This document shows, piece by piece, positions 15,845-25,195 of a DNA stretch of 56,619 nucleotides. Location of the stretch: the NCBI GenBank assembly GCA_030665765.1, contig DAOUZE010000001.1:1-56619 (forward strand), written 5' to 3'. Origin of the DNA: Filomicrobium sp. (GTDB taxonomy: Bacteria > Pseudomonadota > Alphaproteobacteria > Rhizobiales > Hyphomicrobiaceae). How positions within the stretch are numbered: position 1 is the stretch's first letter; every line of letters starts with the position of its first letter. Position numbers and translations under genes: made by a program. The notes below the pieces were generated by a model. That model searched no databases, was not told where the DNA came from, and saw nothing but the letters and a program-made list of their open reading frames with translations.

Positions 15845-17790
15845 CCACTCACCAGGTGACGATAGAGCTGCGGCAGCGCGGCCGTCAGCTTTTCGGGATG
15901 AGGAATGACGACAAAGCCGCCGCGCCCGAAGATCCGGCCGAACGCCGCCTGGGCTTTGCTGTCGATCGTCACGCCAAAAACCGATTGCCCACGGCGGCGC
16001 GCCTCGCGAACCGCCATATGGGTATCTTCGATCCCATGGCGACCTTCGTAATGATCAAGGTCGTTCGGCTTACCGTCGGTTAGCACGAGCAGAAGTCTGC
16101 GCTGCTTGGGACGTTCGGCGAGTTCCATTGAGACATGCCGCACCGCCGCACCGAGCCGCGTATAATGACCTGGACGCAGTCCCGAGATACGGGCTTCAAC
16201 GCGCGTCCCCATTGGTTCATCGAACGTCTTGCACGACTGCATGAAAACGCGGTTCCGCCGCAACGATGAAAAAGCTTGTATGGAAGTCTCGTCGCCGCAC
16301 GAGTCGAGCCCCCAGGCGAGAGCGATCAGTGCCTCCCTGGCGATGTCGATCACCTGACGTCCCGCAACGGAACTCTCCGTCGAGCGTGAGGCGTCGAGTA
16401 AAATCGAAATCGCGAGATCACGCTCCTGGCTGCGGCTCGACCGATAAACCCGGTCGGAATGCTCGCCCGTCGCGACGAGTTCGACGCGAGCTTCAACAGC
16501 TGCCTCAATATCGATGTCCTCACCGTCGATCTGCCTGGTGAGCTGCACTCTCTTCGGCATCAGAGCCTCGAACTGCCGGCGGACATTGCGAATGCGCCGG
16601 CGCGTCCTTGAGCATTCCAGGAACTCCGGAATTTGCTCGGCAGCTTCCGCGGGACCAGCCAGCACGCGGCAGTAGTCGGGCAAGTAATCCTTCTTACGGT
16701 GATCCCATTCGGGATAGACATACCGGCCGGCAAGCCGTTCGAATTCTGCCTCTTCAGGCGACAGGTCGAGGTGCAACCGCAAGCGGGCCTTCGCCTTTTG
16801 CGGCACCTGCGTCAGGCTGATCTCTTCTTGGTCGTCTGCAGCCTTCTTCGCGGTATCTTCATCGTTGTCCTCGATACGGCGATTTAGGTTCAGGAACTCG
16901 GCCCACGAGAAGATCGCCTCGAACTTGTGCAACACTAGGCTATCTTTACGCGCGGCCTGGTCCGCACTCCTACGCTTGGCCTTGAATATTCGCTCCTCGT
17001 TGGCTTCGGATGATTGACCGTCCTCGGGGTTTTCGTCCTCCCGGGTCACCCTTTGCCGCTCCGCCAGCTCGCGCAGGTCGGGCCACACGGGAACCGGCAT
17101 GAATGGCCGATAGCCACGGGGCGCCCGCAATGCTGTCAAGTCGCTGGCCTGGCCGTGGACGGCCGATGCAATGGCCAGTGCAAGACCATCCTTCGGCGGC
17201 GCATCCCCTAAGAGGTGTAAGATCGCCGCCTCGACCGCAGCCTCGGTTCTGGGAAGCAAGCGTGGCTTTCGCAATTGCCTGGTGGCGGAAGATAGGCCGG
17301 CGTACACACGCCTCAATCCCGGGCACTCCGTGAGTGCCAGCCGCGTCATGCGCTGTGCTGCCTGCAAGATACGGATGTCCGCGTGCAGCGGGTCGTCTTC
17401 CGAACTCGGCGGATCGGTGAACACCGCAGCAGAAGCAAGCCAGAGATAGAGTGCCGTGTTGGCGTCGCGATGCGGAAAGCAATCTATTTTATCGGGTAGC
17501 CGTAGCGCTTCGCCATCGAAACTTGGTCTGGCGATCCGTTCGGCGGACTGGCCCAGCGCGCGCCGCCTGGACAACCGGTGAGGAGATTCTTGTAGGCTTG
17601 CCGCCTTGATCTCGACTTCGGGTCTGCCGCCAAGGCCGCGAAACAAGACGGCGAGCCGGCCGTGCATCTCGTCGAGTGTTACAGTCGCATCTTCGAACGT
17701 GGGTGGCGCGTCGAGCTGGCTGACATAAGCGTGCCAGATCTTCCCGACGCTTTCCTCAGGCTCCCACAGTTCGAATTCGATCTGGCCCAT
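15841..17790 (-). CDS. norD: NorD vWA-domain activation protein
   Basis: EPEESVGK.WH start, YPEWD, LLDASRST (MIDAS), YTRLGAAVRH, LTDGKPNDLDHYEGR.GIEDT. Confidence 0.93.
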   Translation of the reverse strand: MGQIEFELWEPEESVGKIWHAYVSQLDAPPTFEDATVTLDEMHGRLAVLFRGLGGRPEVEIKAASLQESPHRLSRRRALGQSAERIARPSFDGEALRLPDKIDCFPHRDANTALYLWLASAAVFTDPPSSEDDPLHADIRILQAAQRMTRLALTECPGLRRVYAGLSSATRQLRKPRLLPRTEAAVEAAILHLLGDAPPKDGLALAIASAVHGQASDLTALRAPRGYRPFMPVPVWPDLRELAERQRVTREDENPEDGQSSEANEERIFKAKRRSADQAARKDSLVLHKFEAIFSWAEFLNLNRRIEDNDEDTAKKAADDQEEISLTQVPQKAKARLRLHLDLSPEEAEFERLAGRYVYPEWDHRKKDYLPDYCRVLAGPAEAAEQIPEFLECSRTRRRIRNVRRQFEALMPKRVQLTRQIDGEDIDIEAAVEARVELVATGEHSDRVYRSSRSQERDLAISILLDASRSTESSVAGRQVIDIAREALIALAWGLDSCGDETSIQAFSSLRRNRVFMQSCKTFDEPMGTRVEARISGLRPGHYTRLGAAVRHVSMELAERPKQRRLLLVLTDGKPNDLDHYEGRHGIEDTHMAVREARRRGQSVFGVTIDSKAQAAFGRIFGRGGFVVIPHPEKLTAALPQLYRHLVSG

Positions 17791-17797
17791 TGCGATG

Positions 17798-18601
17798 TCA
17801 CCCGTAAACGGCGGCGACGAGATCGAACAGGCCCTGCTTGATGTCTGCGTCGTCGCTCAATGGTTCGATCAACGCGGTTTGCACGGCGCGTTCAATCGGC
17901 ATGCCGGCATTGATGAGTGTCGCGCAGTAAACGAGCAACCGGGTTGAAACTCCCTCTTCCAAATCCTGCCCCTTTAAGGCCCGCAACTTGCCAGCCAGCC
18001 GCACAAGCGGCGCGACTTTCGGCTTCGCCAGTCCACTCTCGGACGCAACGATCTCAATCTCACGATCTGCAGGCGGGAAATCGAATTCGATTGCAAGAAA
18101 ACGTTGCCGTGTCGAAGGCTTCAATGTTTTGAGAATATTCTGATAGCCCGGATTGTAGGACGCAACCAGCATGAAGTCCGCGCCGGCTTCAAGGACTTCC
18201 CCGGTGCGTTCAATTGGCAGAATGCGTCGGTCGTCGGTCAGTGGATGGAGAACGACGGTGACGTCTTTACGTGCTTCGACAACCTCGTCGAGGTAACAGA
18301 TCGCCCCCTCTCGGACGGCCCGCGTCAACGGGCCATCGACCCACTCCGTCTCGCCACCCTTCAGCAGGTAGCGGCCGATAAGATCGGCGGCCGACAAATC
18401 GTCGTGGCACGCCACCGTGTAGATCGGTCGTCCCAGCTGAGCGGCCATGTGCGCGACGAAACGAGTCTTGCCGCAGCCGGTCGGCCCTTTTAGCAGCAGC
18501 GGCATCTTGTTTTTATGTGCTGCGGTGAAAACTTCGCACTCATCCGAGTGGGGAAGATAGAAGGGGGCTGATGCCCCCTCCTTAGAAATCGCGGCCTGCA
18601 T
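17798..18601 (-). CDS. norQ: NorQ (CbbQ/NirQ/NorQ) AAA+ ATPase
   Basis: GPTGCGKT, VACHDDL, YLDEVVEAR, SYNPGYQ, KPSTRQRF. Confidence 0.95.
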   Translation of the reverse strand: MQAAISKEGASAPFYLPHSDECEVFTAAHKNKMPLLLKGPTGCGKTRFVAHMAAQLGRPIYTVACHDDLSAADLIGRYLLKGGETEWVDGPLTRAVREGAICYLDEVVEARKDVTVVLHPLTDDRRILPIERTGEVLEAGADFMLVASYNPGYQNILKTLKPSTRQRFLAIEFDFPPADREIEIVASESGLAKPKVAPLVRLAGKLRALKGQDLEEGVSTRLLVYCATLINAGMPIERAVQTALIEPLSDDADIKQGLFDLVAAVYG

Positions 18602-18604
18602 GAT

Positions 18605-19978
18605 TTACTCCGCCGGGCTCATTTTGGCTTCGTCGCCGGTTTCAATAAGTTCGCGGCGCGGAACCAGTATAGCGTAAACGAAGAGAATGGCACCGAGTAC
18701 CACGGCAACTCCGGCCCCAAACCGCATGTAATAGAACAATGCAAGCTGATCCTGTACGTCCATGAAGTACTCACCCATAACACGCTGCAAGTGCGTCTGG
18801 ATCGTTCCCGCAAAGGTCAGTACGAAGGTCATGAATGTCATGCCACCCGCCAACAACCAGAAGCTTGCCATGTTGAGGACCTGATTGTAGGGGTCCCGGT
18901 TCTTCAGGATCGGGAACGCATAAGTGAAGATGGCAAGGTTCAACGCTACATACGCACCGAAGAAGGCAAGGTGACCGTGGGCCGCCGTGATCTGCGTGCC
19001 GTGGCTGTAGTAGTTGACCCCATGCAACGTGTGCATGAAACCCCAGACACCGGCACCAAAGAAGGCAAGTGTCGTCGAACCCAGCGACCATAAAAGCGCG
19101 GCCTTGTTGGGATGATCCCGACGCCCTTTCCAGACCATGACGAAGCTGAACACCATCATCAAGAAGAATGGGATTATTTCCAAGCTTGAAAAGATCGAAC
19201 CGATCCACTGCCAGTAGCCTGGAGTTCCAATCCAGTAGTAGTGGTGCCCGGTCCCAAGGATGCCGGTGAACAGCGCGGTGGCGACGATCACATAGAGCCA
19301 CTTCTCGACAATCTCACGATCCACCCCCGTCAGCTTCAGCATCAGGTAGGCGAGAATCGACGCCATCACCAACTCCCAGACTCCCTCGACCCATAGGTGG
19401 ACGACGTACCACCAGTACATTTTATCGAGGCTGAGGTTGTCCGGATTATAGAGCGCGAACAAGAACAAAAGCGCGATACCCCACATCCCGATAAGAAGCA
19501 CATTGGTGATCGCGGTCTTGCGTCCTTGGAGGACGGTCATTGTGATGTTGTAGAGGAAGATCAGCGCTGCCACGATGATGCCGAGCTTCACCCAAAGCGG
19601 CTGTTCGAGAAATTCCCGACCTTGCTTGCCCAACAGGAAGTTGCCGTTGAACAAGTCGAACACGTAGGTGACGACAACCCCAGCCGTGCCGAGAATGAGA
19701 ATTGCAAGCTGAAGATAAGCCAGTTGCGTCGAATGGATTTCGCGTTCGGCCTCCTCCGGTATGATGAAGTATGCAGCACCGAAAAAGCCCACCAGGAGCC
19801 ATACGATCAAAGAGTTCGTGTGCAGCATCCGGACGACGTTGAATGGCAGAATTTCCGACAGTGTGTTCGGAGCGATGTAAATCCACCCAGCGAGCAGGCC
19901 GCCCGTCACCTGCACGATAAATAGAATCATCGCCGTCAGAAAATAGGCATAAGCGATTTGTTGGCTTTCGTATTTCAT
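18605..19978 (-). CDS. norB: Nitric oxide reductase large subunit (cNOR)
   Basis: RMLHTN, GREFLEQP, VHLWVEGVWEL, GTGHHYYWIG, HGHLAFFGAY. Confidence 0.97.
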   Translation of the reverse strand: MKYESQQIAYAYFLTAMILFIVQVTGGLLAGWIYIAPNTLSEILPFNVVRMLHTNSLIVWLLVGFFGAAYFIIPEEAEREIHSTQLAYLQLAILILGTAGVVVTYVFDLFNGNFLLGKQGREFLEQPLWVKLGIIVAALIFLYNITMTVLQGRKTAITNVLLIGMWGIALLFLFALYNPDNLSLDKMYWWYVVHLWVEGVWELVMASILAYLMLKLTGVDREIVEKWLYVIVATALFTGILGTGHHYYWIGTPGYWQWIGSIFSSLEIIPFFLMMVFSFVMVWKGRRDHPNKAALLWSLGSTTLAFFGAGVWGFMHTLHGVNYYSHGTQITAAHGHLAFFGAYVALNLAIFTYAFPILKNRDPYNQVLNMASFWLLAGGMTFMTFVLTFAGTIQTHLQRVMGEYFMDVQDQLALFYYMRFGAGVAVVLGAILFVYAILVPRRELIETGDEAKMSPAE

Positions 19979-20002
19979 GGCATTGGTCTCCGCGCGGTCG
20001 AG

Positions 20003-20455
20003 TTAGCCAGCATCATTTGGCGGCCAGTTCTGCGTATCCGTCTTGTCAGCCCAGATCAGGAAGTTCGCGAGGTCGCGGATCTGCTCTTCACTGAGGTTGA
20101 AATTGGGCATCTGGCGCCGGCCCTCGACCCCTGTTGGCTGGGCTTCCATCCAACCTTTCAGCGTTGTGAAGGCATCCTCGGGTTCGTCGATAACCCCCCA
20201 GCGAGTCATGACGTTGCCGACTTCGGGCGCATAGTAGGCCCCCTCACCGTGTAGCGTGTGGCAGTTGATGCACGAATACCTCTCCCACACGTGTTTGCCA
20301 CGGGCGACCGACTCGGTCAGTGGCATTGAGGCGGTTGACGTGGTCGTAATATAGATGTGACTGTGTATGGTCAGTCCAACAAATATCAGAATGAAGAACA
20401 ATGAGCCGCCGTAAAATATATTGCGGGCCATTGTTTTCGTCATTACTTCGCGCAT
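20003..20455 (-). CDS. norC: Nitric oxide reductase cytochrome c subunit
   Basis: ATG 20455 after AGGAGG; ARNIFYGGSLFF, CINCH, GEGAYYAPE, GRRQMP; 150 aa. Confidence 0.95.
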   Translation of the reverse strand: MREVMTKTMARNIFYGGSLFFILIFVGLTIHSHIYITTTSTASMPLTESVARGKHVWERYSCINCHTLHGEGAYYAPEVGNVMTRWGVIDEPEDAFTTLKGWMEAQPTGVEGRRQMPNFNLSEEQIRDLANFLIWADKTDTQNWPPNDAG

Positions 20456-20522
20456 GGCCGTTAGCCTCCTTGAGACGGGCGATTGGTCCGCCGCATATTC
20501 GCCTGCGGTTTCAGACTGCTGC

Positions 20523-20536
20523 TTAACGAAAGGCAA
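20523..20536. promoter_or_regulatory. NnrR/NNR box TTAAC-GAAA-GGCAA for norC
   Basis: One mismatch to TTAAC-N4-GTCAA; centre about 74 nt upstream of the norC ATG. Confidence 0.65.
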
Positions 20537-20669
20537 GTAAGCCGCCGTTTTCGCGATGAACGTCTTTGCAAAGGCCGCCCGAGCCGGCTACCGCTCATGC
20601 GCTGCCGTCGCCTCCAGCAGCAAGTGCGAGCGGCGAGAACGCTGCAAAGCAAGTTTTCCGAGCCGCGTG

Positions 20670-21866
20670 CTACTCAGCGGCAACGAGATGAGCCGCATGC
20701 AGGCGAAAAGCCTCCCACGTGTGGTTCAGAGCCGACACGCACCGGTCCATGAGTTCATCATCGTGGAATGGGCCAGGCGTAATGCGTAGCCGCTCCGTAA
20801 CGCGAGGAACTGTCGGATAGTTAATCGGCTGAATGTAGATCCCGTGCATTTCGAAGAGCCAGTCCGTCGCCAGCTTCGTAAGGACAGGATCTCCCACGTT
20901 TAGCGACAGGATATGCGTTTCGTTTTCCATCAGCGGCAATTCCGATTCCCGCAACAACCGCTTCATTCTGTAAACGCGCTCCTGATGTCGCTGACGCAAC
21001 TCGGGGTGGGACTTGACATAACTGACGCTTTCCAAGGCTGCGGCTGCGGCCGATGGCGGCAATGAAGTCGTGAAAATGAAACCCGCGGCATGACTTCGTA
21101 TGGCATCGATCGCTGTGGCGGATGCCGCGACGTAGCCCCCGATGCAGCCGAAGGCTTTTGCAAGCGTGCCTTCAATGAACGCCAGCCGGTGAACCGCATT
21201 TTCCCGCTCTGAGATCCCGCCCCCGCGCTCGCCGTAAAGGCCAACGGCATGGACTTCATCAAGGTAGGTCATTGCACCGTATTGGTCTGCGAGATCGCAG
21301 GTCGCGTGAATTGGCGAGATGTCACCGTCCATCGAATACACCGGCTCGAAGGCAATGAGTTTCGGCCGCCCTTTGAGCTCGTCGAGTGCCAGCAGCGCCT
21401 CAAGATGCGCAAGATCGTTGTGGCGAAAGATTCTTTTTTCACACCCCGAGTTGCGAATGCCCTCGATCATTGAGGTATGGTTGAGTGCTTCAGAGAAGAT
21501 GACAAGGCCGGGAAAAAGCTGCCCTAGCGTTTGCAGCGTAGCTAAATTTGAAACGTAACCCGACGTGAACAGTAAAGCCGCTTGCTTTCCGTGCAGGTCG
21601 GCTAGCTCGCGCTCTAGTCGCGCATGCAAGTTATTGGGGCCGGAGATATTACGCGTTCCGCCAGAACCAGCCCCCATGTCCCGCATGGCCTGACAACCGG
21701 CTTCGATCACTACTGGGTTGCATCCCTGGCCAAGATAATCATTCGAGCACCACACGACGACTTCGTCCGGGCCCAGACCGTGATTGCGTGCGATTGGATA
21801 GCGGTCGGCGATACGTTCCAGATCGGCGAATACGCGATAGCGTCCTTCCCGGCGGACGCGGTCCAA
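20670..21866 (-). CDS. hemA: 5-aminolevulinate synthase; start codon atypical, possibly degenerating
   Basis: [50 protein letters not shown] (PLP Lys), FIFTTSLPP. Confidence 0.85.
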   Translation of the reverse strand: MDRVRREGRYRVFADLERIADRYPIARNHGLGPDEVVVWCSNDYLGQGCNPVVIEAGCQAMRDMGAGSGGTRNISGPNNLHARLERELADLHGKQAALLFTSGYVSNLATLQTLGQLFPGLVIFSEALNHTSMIEGIRNSGCEKRIFRHNDLAHLEALLALDELKGRPKLIAFEPVYSMDGDISPIHATCDLADQYGAMTYLDEVHAVGLYGERGGGISERENAVHRLAFIEGTLAKAFGCIGGYVAASATAIDAIRSHAAGFIFTTSLPPSAAAAALESVSYVKSHPELRQRHQERVYRMKRLLRESELPLMENETHILSLNVGDPVLTKLATDWLFEMHGIYIQPINYPTVPRVTERLRITPGPFHDDELMDRCVSALNHTWEAFRLHAAHLVAAE

Positions 21867-21973
21867 GGAAGCAGCGAAATAGTCCTCATCGGTAACCGCG
21901 AAGGCCCTCGGTGTCAGTTTCGCATTGTTCGAGTTAGTATCTCAGCGAGAGCCGCGCTTTGCCTGGGCAAAAG

Positions 21974-23188
21974 CTAAGAATCCTCTTTTAGGCGTGGCGA
22001 AGTCAGGATCGGCGCATAAACGAAACTGAAAATCGTGAAGACGGCGATCCACAATCCTCCCGCCACAAACATCACCAAGTAATATCGATCAGGAAACGCG
22101 GAGATCCCAAGCGAACGCACAACCGCCGCCAATGCCAGCAGCGCATAAGCAATCGCGATCGGCCTTGCGACAACAAGAGCTCGGCCGGTGTGGCCCAGGG
22201 CGGCGCGGCTCATTACGGCCAGCGTCATCCCGCCGATCGCACCGACCCCGAGAATGTGTGACGCCGCGGCCTTGGTGAATGCGAGGCCGGTCCAGTGTAA
22301 TGCAAAGGCAGCATAGCCGGCGACGAGCATTGCAAAACCGAGATGCAGGCTCCACAGGATCGGCTGGTCGAGAACCGCCGATGTTCGCCAACCCGCAAGC
22401 CGAAGTCCGTTCGTCACGGCGGCCACAGCAGCGACCGCAGCCAGCAATCGCGGATCGGGCCCGAAACAGGAGAGCAAGGCGAGCAGAATGCTGCTTCCAA
22501 TGCCCAGACCATCAAGCCAAGCGTGTGTTTCCGGCAAGCCTGTTTCGCGTCCCACGCGCACTAAGGCATTGCGCGTAAAGGATGGAGTGAGGCGCCCACC
22601 AAGTACGGTGACGAAGGCGGCCAGGGTCAATAGACCGGTGAGCAAGCCACTCGAGGCCGTATTCGTAGTCACATCGATCCATTCCAAATGTGTCGTAACG
22701 TTCCCCAGGATCAAAAGAGCCAGCAGGCCCAAAAACATCAGGTTCTGCGGCTTCGGGCGCTTGAAGAGATTGAGTAAGATCTTTGCAGAAACAACCGGAA
22801 TGAACGCGACGTCGATCAACATGACAAGGACGGCCGACAGCTCTGACGAGAAGAAGACGGCGAGCCGCCCCAGCAGCCATAATGCAGCAATCGATGAAAC
22901 GAATATCATTCGGCTCGGCGCCGCACCTGTCCAACTCGGCACGGCGGTCAACAAGAAACCAGCAACGACGGCTGCCCCGTAGCCATAGATCATCTCATGC
23001 CCGTGCCACTGATGCGGAGCAGGTGCGAACGGGACATAGGTCAAGGCAGCGCCTGCCGCATGGATGCCAAGCCAGCCCAGCCACACGAACATCGAGAACA
23101 CAGCAAAGAGTGCAGCCGAGAGAAAGAAGATGCGGAGACCTTGGCTCAGAACGATGGGCCCGCGCGCCATGCTCCAGATGGGCTTCAC
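21974..23188 (-). CDS. nnrS: NnrS family heme/copper membrane protein
   Basis: WHGHEMIYGY, GFLLTAVPSWTG, GGRL.P.FT, PILWSLH, MTLAVMSRAALGHTGR. Confidence 0.93.
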   Translation of the reverse strand: MKPIWSMARGPIVLSQGLRIFFLSAALFAVFSMFVWLGWLGIHAAGAALTYVPFAPAPHQWHGHEMIYGYGAAVVAGFLLTAVPSWTGAAPSRMIFVSSIAALWLLGRLAVFFSSELSAVLVMLIDVAFIPVVSAKILLNLFKRPKPQNLMFLGLLALLILGNVTTHLEWIDVTTNTASSGLLTGLLTLAAFVTVLGGRLTPSFTRNALVRVGRETGLPETHAWLDGLGIGSSILLALLSCFGPDPRLLAAVAAVAAVTNGLRLAGWRTSAVLDQPILWSLHLGFAMLVAGYAAFALHWTGLAFTKAAASHILGVGAIGGMTLAVMSRAALGHTGRALVVARPIAIAYALLALAAVVRSLGISAFPDRYYLVMFVAGGLWIAVFTIFSFVYAPILTSPRLKEDS

Positions 23189-24135
23189 GACACGTCCCTT
23201 CGGCCTGTTAACGTCAGATCTCCGAAGCGGCGAATGCGGCCCTTGCGGTCCCGTCCGATGACGGCGACATCACCAATTGAGCCGGCAAGGTCGGCGACGG
23301 CTTCGAACGGTAGCACTGCGAATGCCGTGGACAGCGCATCGGCCGTTTGCGCGTCAGGCGCGAATACGGAGATACTCTGCCAGTAGCGTGGGCTTTCGCC
23401 CGTTCGGGGATCGATTAAATGATGACGCCATCTAGCAACGTCGAACAATAGTGATTTCGGTTCGCTGGTCGCAATTGCGACCTCGGCGACCGAGACGGCG
23501 GCTTTGGCGGCCGGAATGCCGACGGCGCGCGGCTGACGTCCAGGCAACCGCAATTCACCGGTATCGATGACCACGTCGTGGAATCCGTAATCCACCAGGA
23601 TTTCTGTTACACGGTCAGCAATGCGGCCCTGCGCGATGCCGTTGAGGGTTAGGGCGGACCCGGCTTCGATGCTGATTGAGTTATCGGAAAAACTGATCTT
23701 GGACCCTGCCGTTTCGATCAGCTCACGGGTTGGTTCGTTACCAGCCGCCGCCGCCTCCCATAACCGCTGCACGGTTGGATCGAACGCCCCTCCGGTTCTT
23801 GACCGCCAGTCGACGGCGGCATGTAGCAGGTCCCGCAGATCGCGGGAAGGCGCGCTCAAGACCTTATCCTGGTTCAAGAGGCTGAGTTCGGATGTCTTTC
23901 GATGCAGTGAAAAAAGCGACTCCAGCCGCTCGATCTCTTGCGCGACCGCTTCAAGTGCTCTGCTGGCCGTTTCCGGCTCGGAGCCGTATAGCGAGACGCG
24001 AGCTTCGCCTCCAAGCGCAGAGCCGTGCCAGACGTACCCGGGTTTCTGATCGCCGTTAGCGATCAAGGCGCCAATGCCTCCAACCGCACCTGCTGCAAGT
24101 CCACAGACGATCAAGTGCCGACGTGTGATTGCCAT
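23185..24135 (-). CDS. nirX: FAD:protein FMN transferase (ApbE/NosX/NirX)
   Basis: Tat-like TRRHLI, W.G.ALG, GAFDPTVQ.LW, LTLNGIAQG, HLIDPRTG, ADALSTA. Confidence 0.85.
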   Translation of the reverse strand: MAITRRHLIVCGLAAGAVGGIGALIANGDQKPGYVWHGSALGGEARVSLYGSEPETASRALEAVAQEIERLESLFSLHRKTSELSLLNQDKVLSAPSRDLRDLLHAAVDWRSRTGGAFDPTVQRLWEAAAAGNEPTRELIETAGSKISFSDNSISIEAGSALTLNGIAQGRIADRVTEILVDYGFHDVVIDTGELRLPGRQPRAVGIPAAKAAVSVAEVAIATSEPKSLLFDVARWRHHLIDPRTGESPRYWQSISVFAPDAQTADALSTAFAVLPFEAVADLAGSIGDVAVIGRDRKGRIRRFGDLTLTGRRDVS

Positions 24136-24137
24136 CG

Positions 24138-24902
24138 TTACGTCCTCCAGAAAGTCTCAACCAGTCTGTCGTGCGAACCCAACCGCGGAGCTACGGTGTC
24201 ACCGGTCTTTCGATACGTCGTGCCGCGATGAGAGTGCTGTCTTGAGCTGGCGACGAGGATTACAGTATCGCTCGGTTCAAGAGAACCGACCGCGTGTACA
24301 GCGCGCAGGACGGCATCGCAAATAACATCGGTCGAACCGGTTGCCCCCGCGAGGATCGACGGAAGTCCGTTGCTATACTCGTCGACTTCCACTTTTTGGA
24401 TGGTCAGGTCGTGTCCGGAAAATCCTGAGACGTACTTTGCGATGTCCTCGCCGCAAATCCTAAGTGCAAGAACCGGCGCGTTGTACCGGATTATTTCGCC
24501 GCCCGTGATCTTGGCGTCGAATGACACACCGACCAGGATGTCAATTGGAAGGCCTGAATAACCAACGCGTCCAGCAATCTCCCAAATGGACGCAATAAAC
24601 CCGATCCGACCCGCCGGTCCGATGGCTGCCCAGACCGGCGGGTCGGTCTCCTGCGGCTCAATCCGTTGGATCTCACGGACAGCCGGAAATAGGCGTTCTG
24701 CAAGTGAGACATCCGGCATAGCTGGTGCAATCGCGGCGTTCTCAAAGATACCGTTCCCAGCAGTTGCCGTATGGCAAAACACCACCAGACTGACAAGCAC
24801 GAGGACCAACTTGGCGAGCGAAACACGGCACCCCGAAAGGTGCCGGACGTTCTTGATTAACTGCACAAAGCAATGTCTGAACCGTGTCTCACCACAGGTC
24901 AT
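24138..24902 (-). pseudogene. Truncated NirI/NosR-like gene (signal peptide plus FMN-binding domain only)
   Basis: GYSGLPIDILVG, P.L.L.I....I..YV.GF.G.DL and AGATGST match the NirI/NosR N-terminus; the frame ends after about 254 aa with no TM bundle or ferredoxin motifs; divergent from nirS and upstream of nirX. Confidence 0.65.
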
Positions 24903-24956
24903 CCCTGCACCCTTCTGATGACATTGATCAGACTGACACAGCGATACAAATGAGCC

Positions 24957-24970
24957 TTCACAAAAGTCAA
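24957..24970. promoter_or_regulatory. NNR-type box TTCAC-AAAA-GTCAA (nirI-side promoter)
   Basis: Shares ACAAAAGTCAA with the box at 25115; centre about 61 nt from ATG 24902. Confidence 0.6.
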
Positions 24971-25114
24971 AGTGCGTAAGTCGGGTTTGCGAGTAGACCA
25001 GCGCTTCATAGCGATCACGCAAGCCATGAAAGCCGATGACCCAACGCAGCAATGCACCGTACGCAGAGGCTGCAACGTAACTACTAAGAAGTCGCAATTT
25101 TTTCGGAGTGCTGT

Positions 25115-25128
25115 CTAACAAAAGTCAA
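25115..25128. promoter_or_regulatory. NNR-type box CTAAC-AAAA-GTCAA (nirS promoter)
   Basis: One mismatch to TTAAC-N4-GTCAA; centre about 74 nt upstream of the nirS ATG, the same spacing as at norC. Confidence 0.65.
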
Positions 25129-25195
25129 GTCGTGCGCGTGCCGGCAATGCCTAGATGACAACTGTTATGCCAAACGCTTAGCAAGAGGAACGACG

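Noticed and set aside
24903-25121. N-terminal 73 codons of the 327-aa ORF 24138-25121
   Set aside because: This stretch covers the divergent promoter region with two NNR boxes and shows no protein-like homology.
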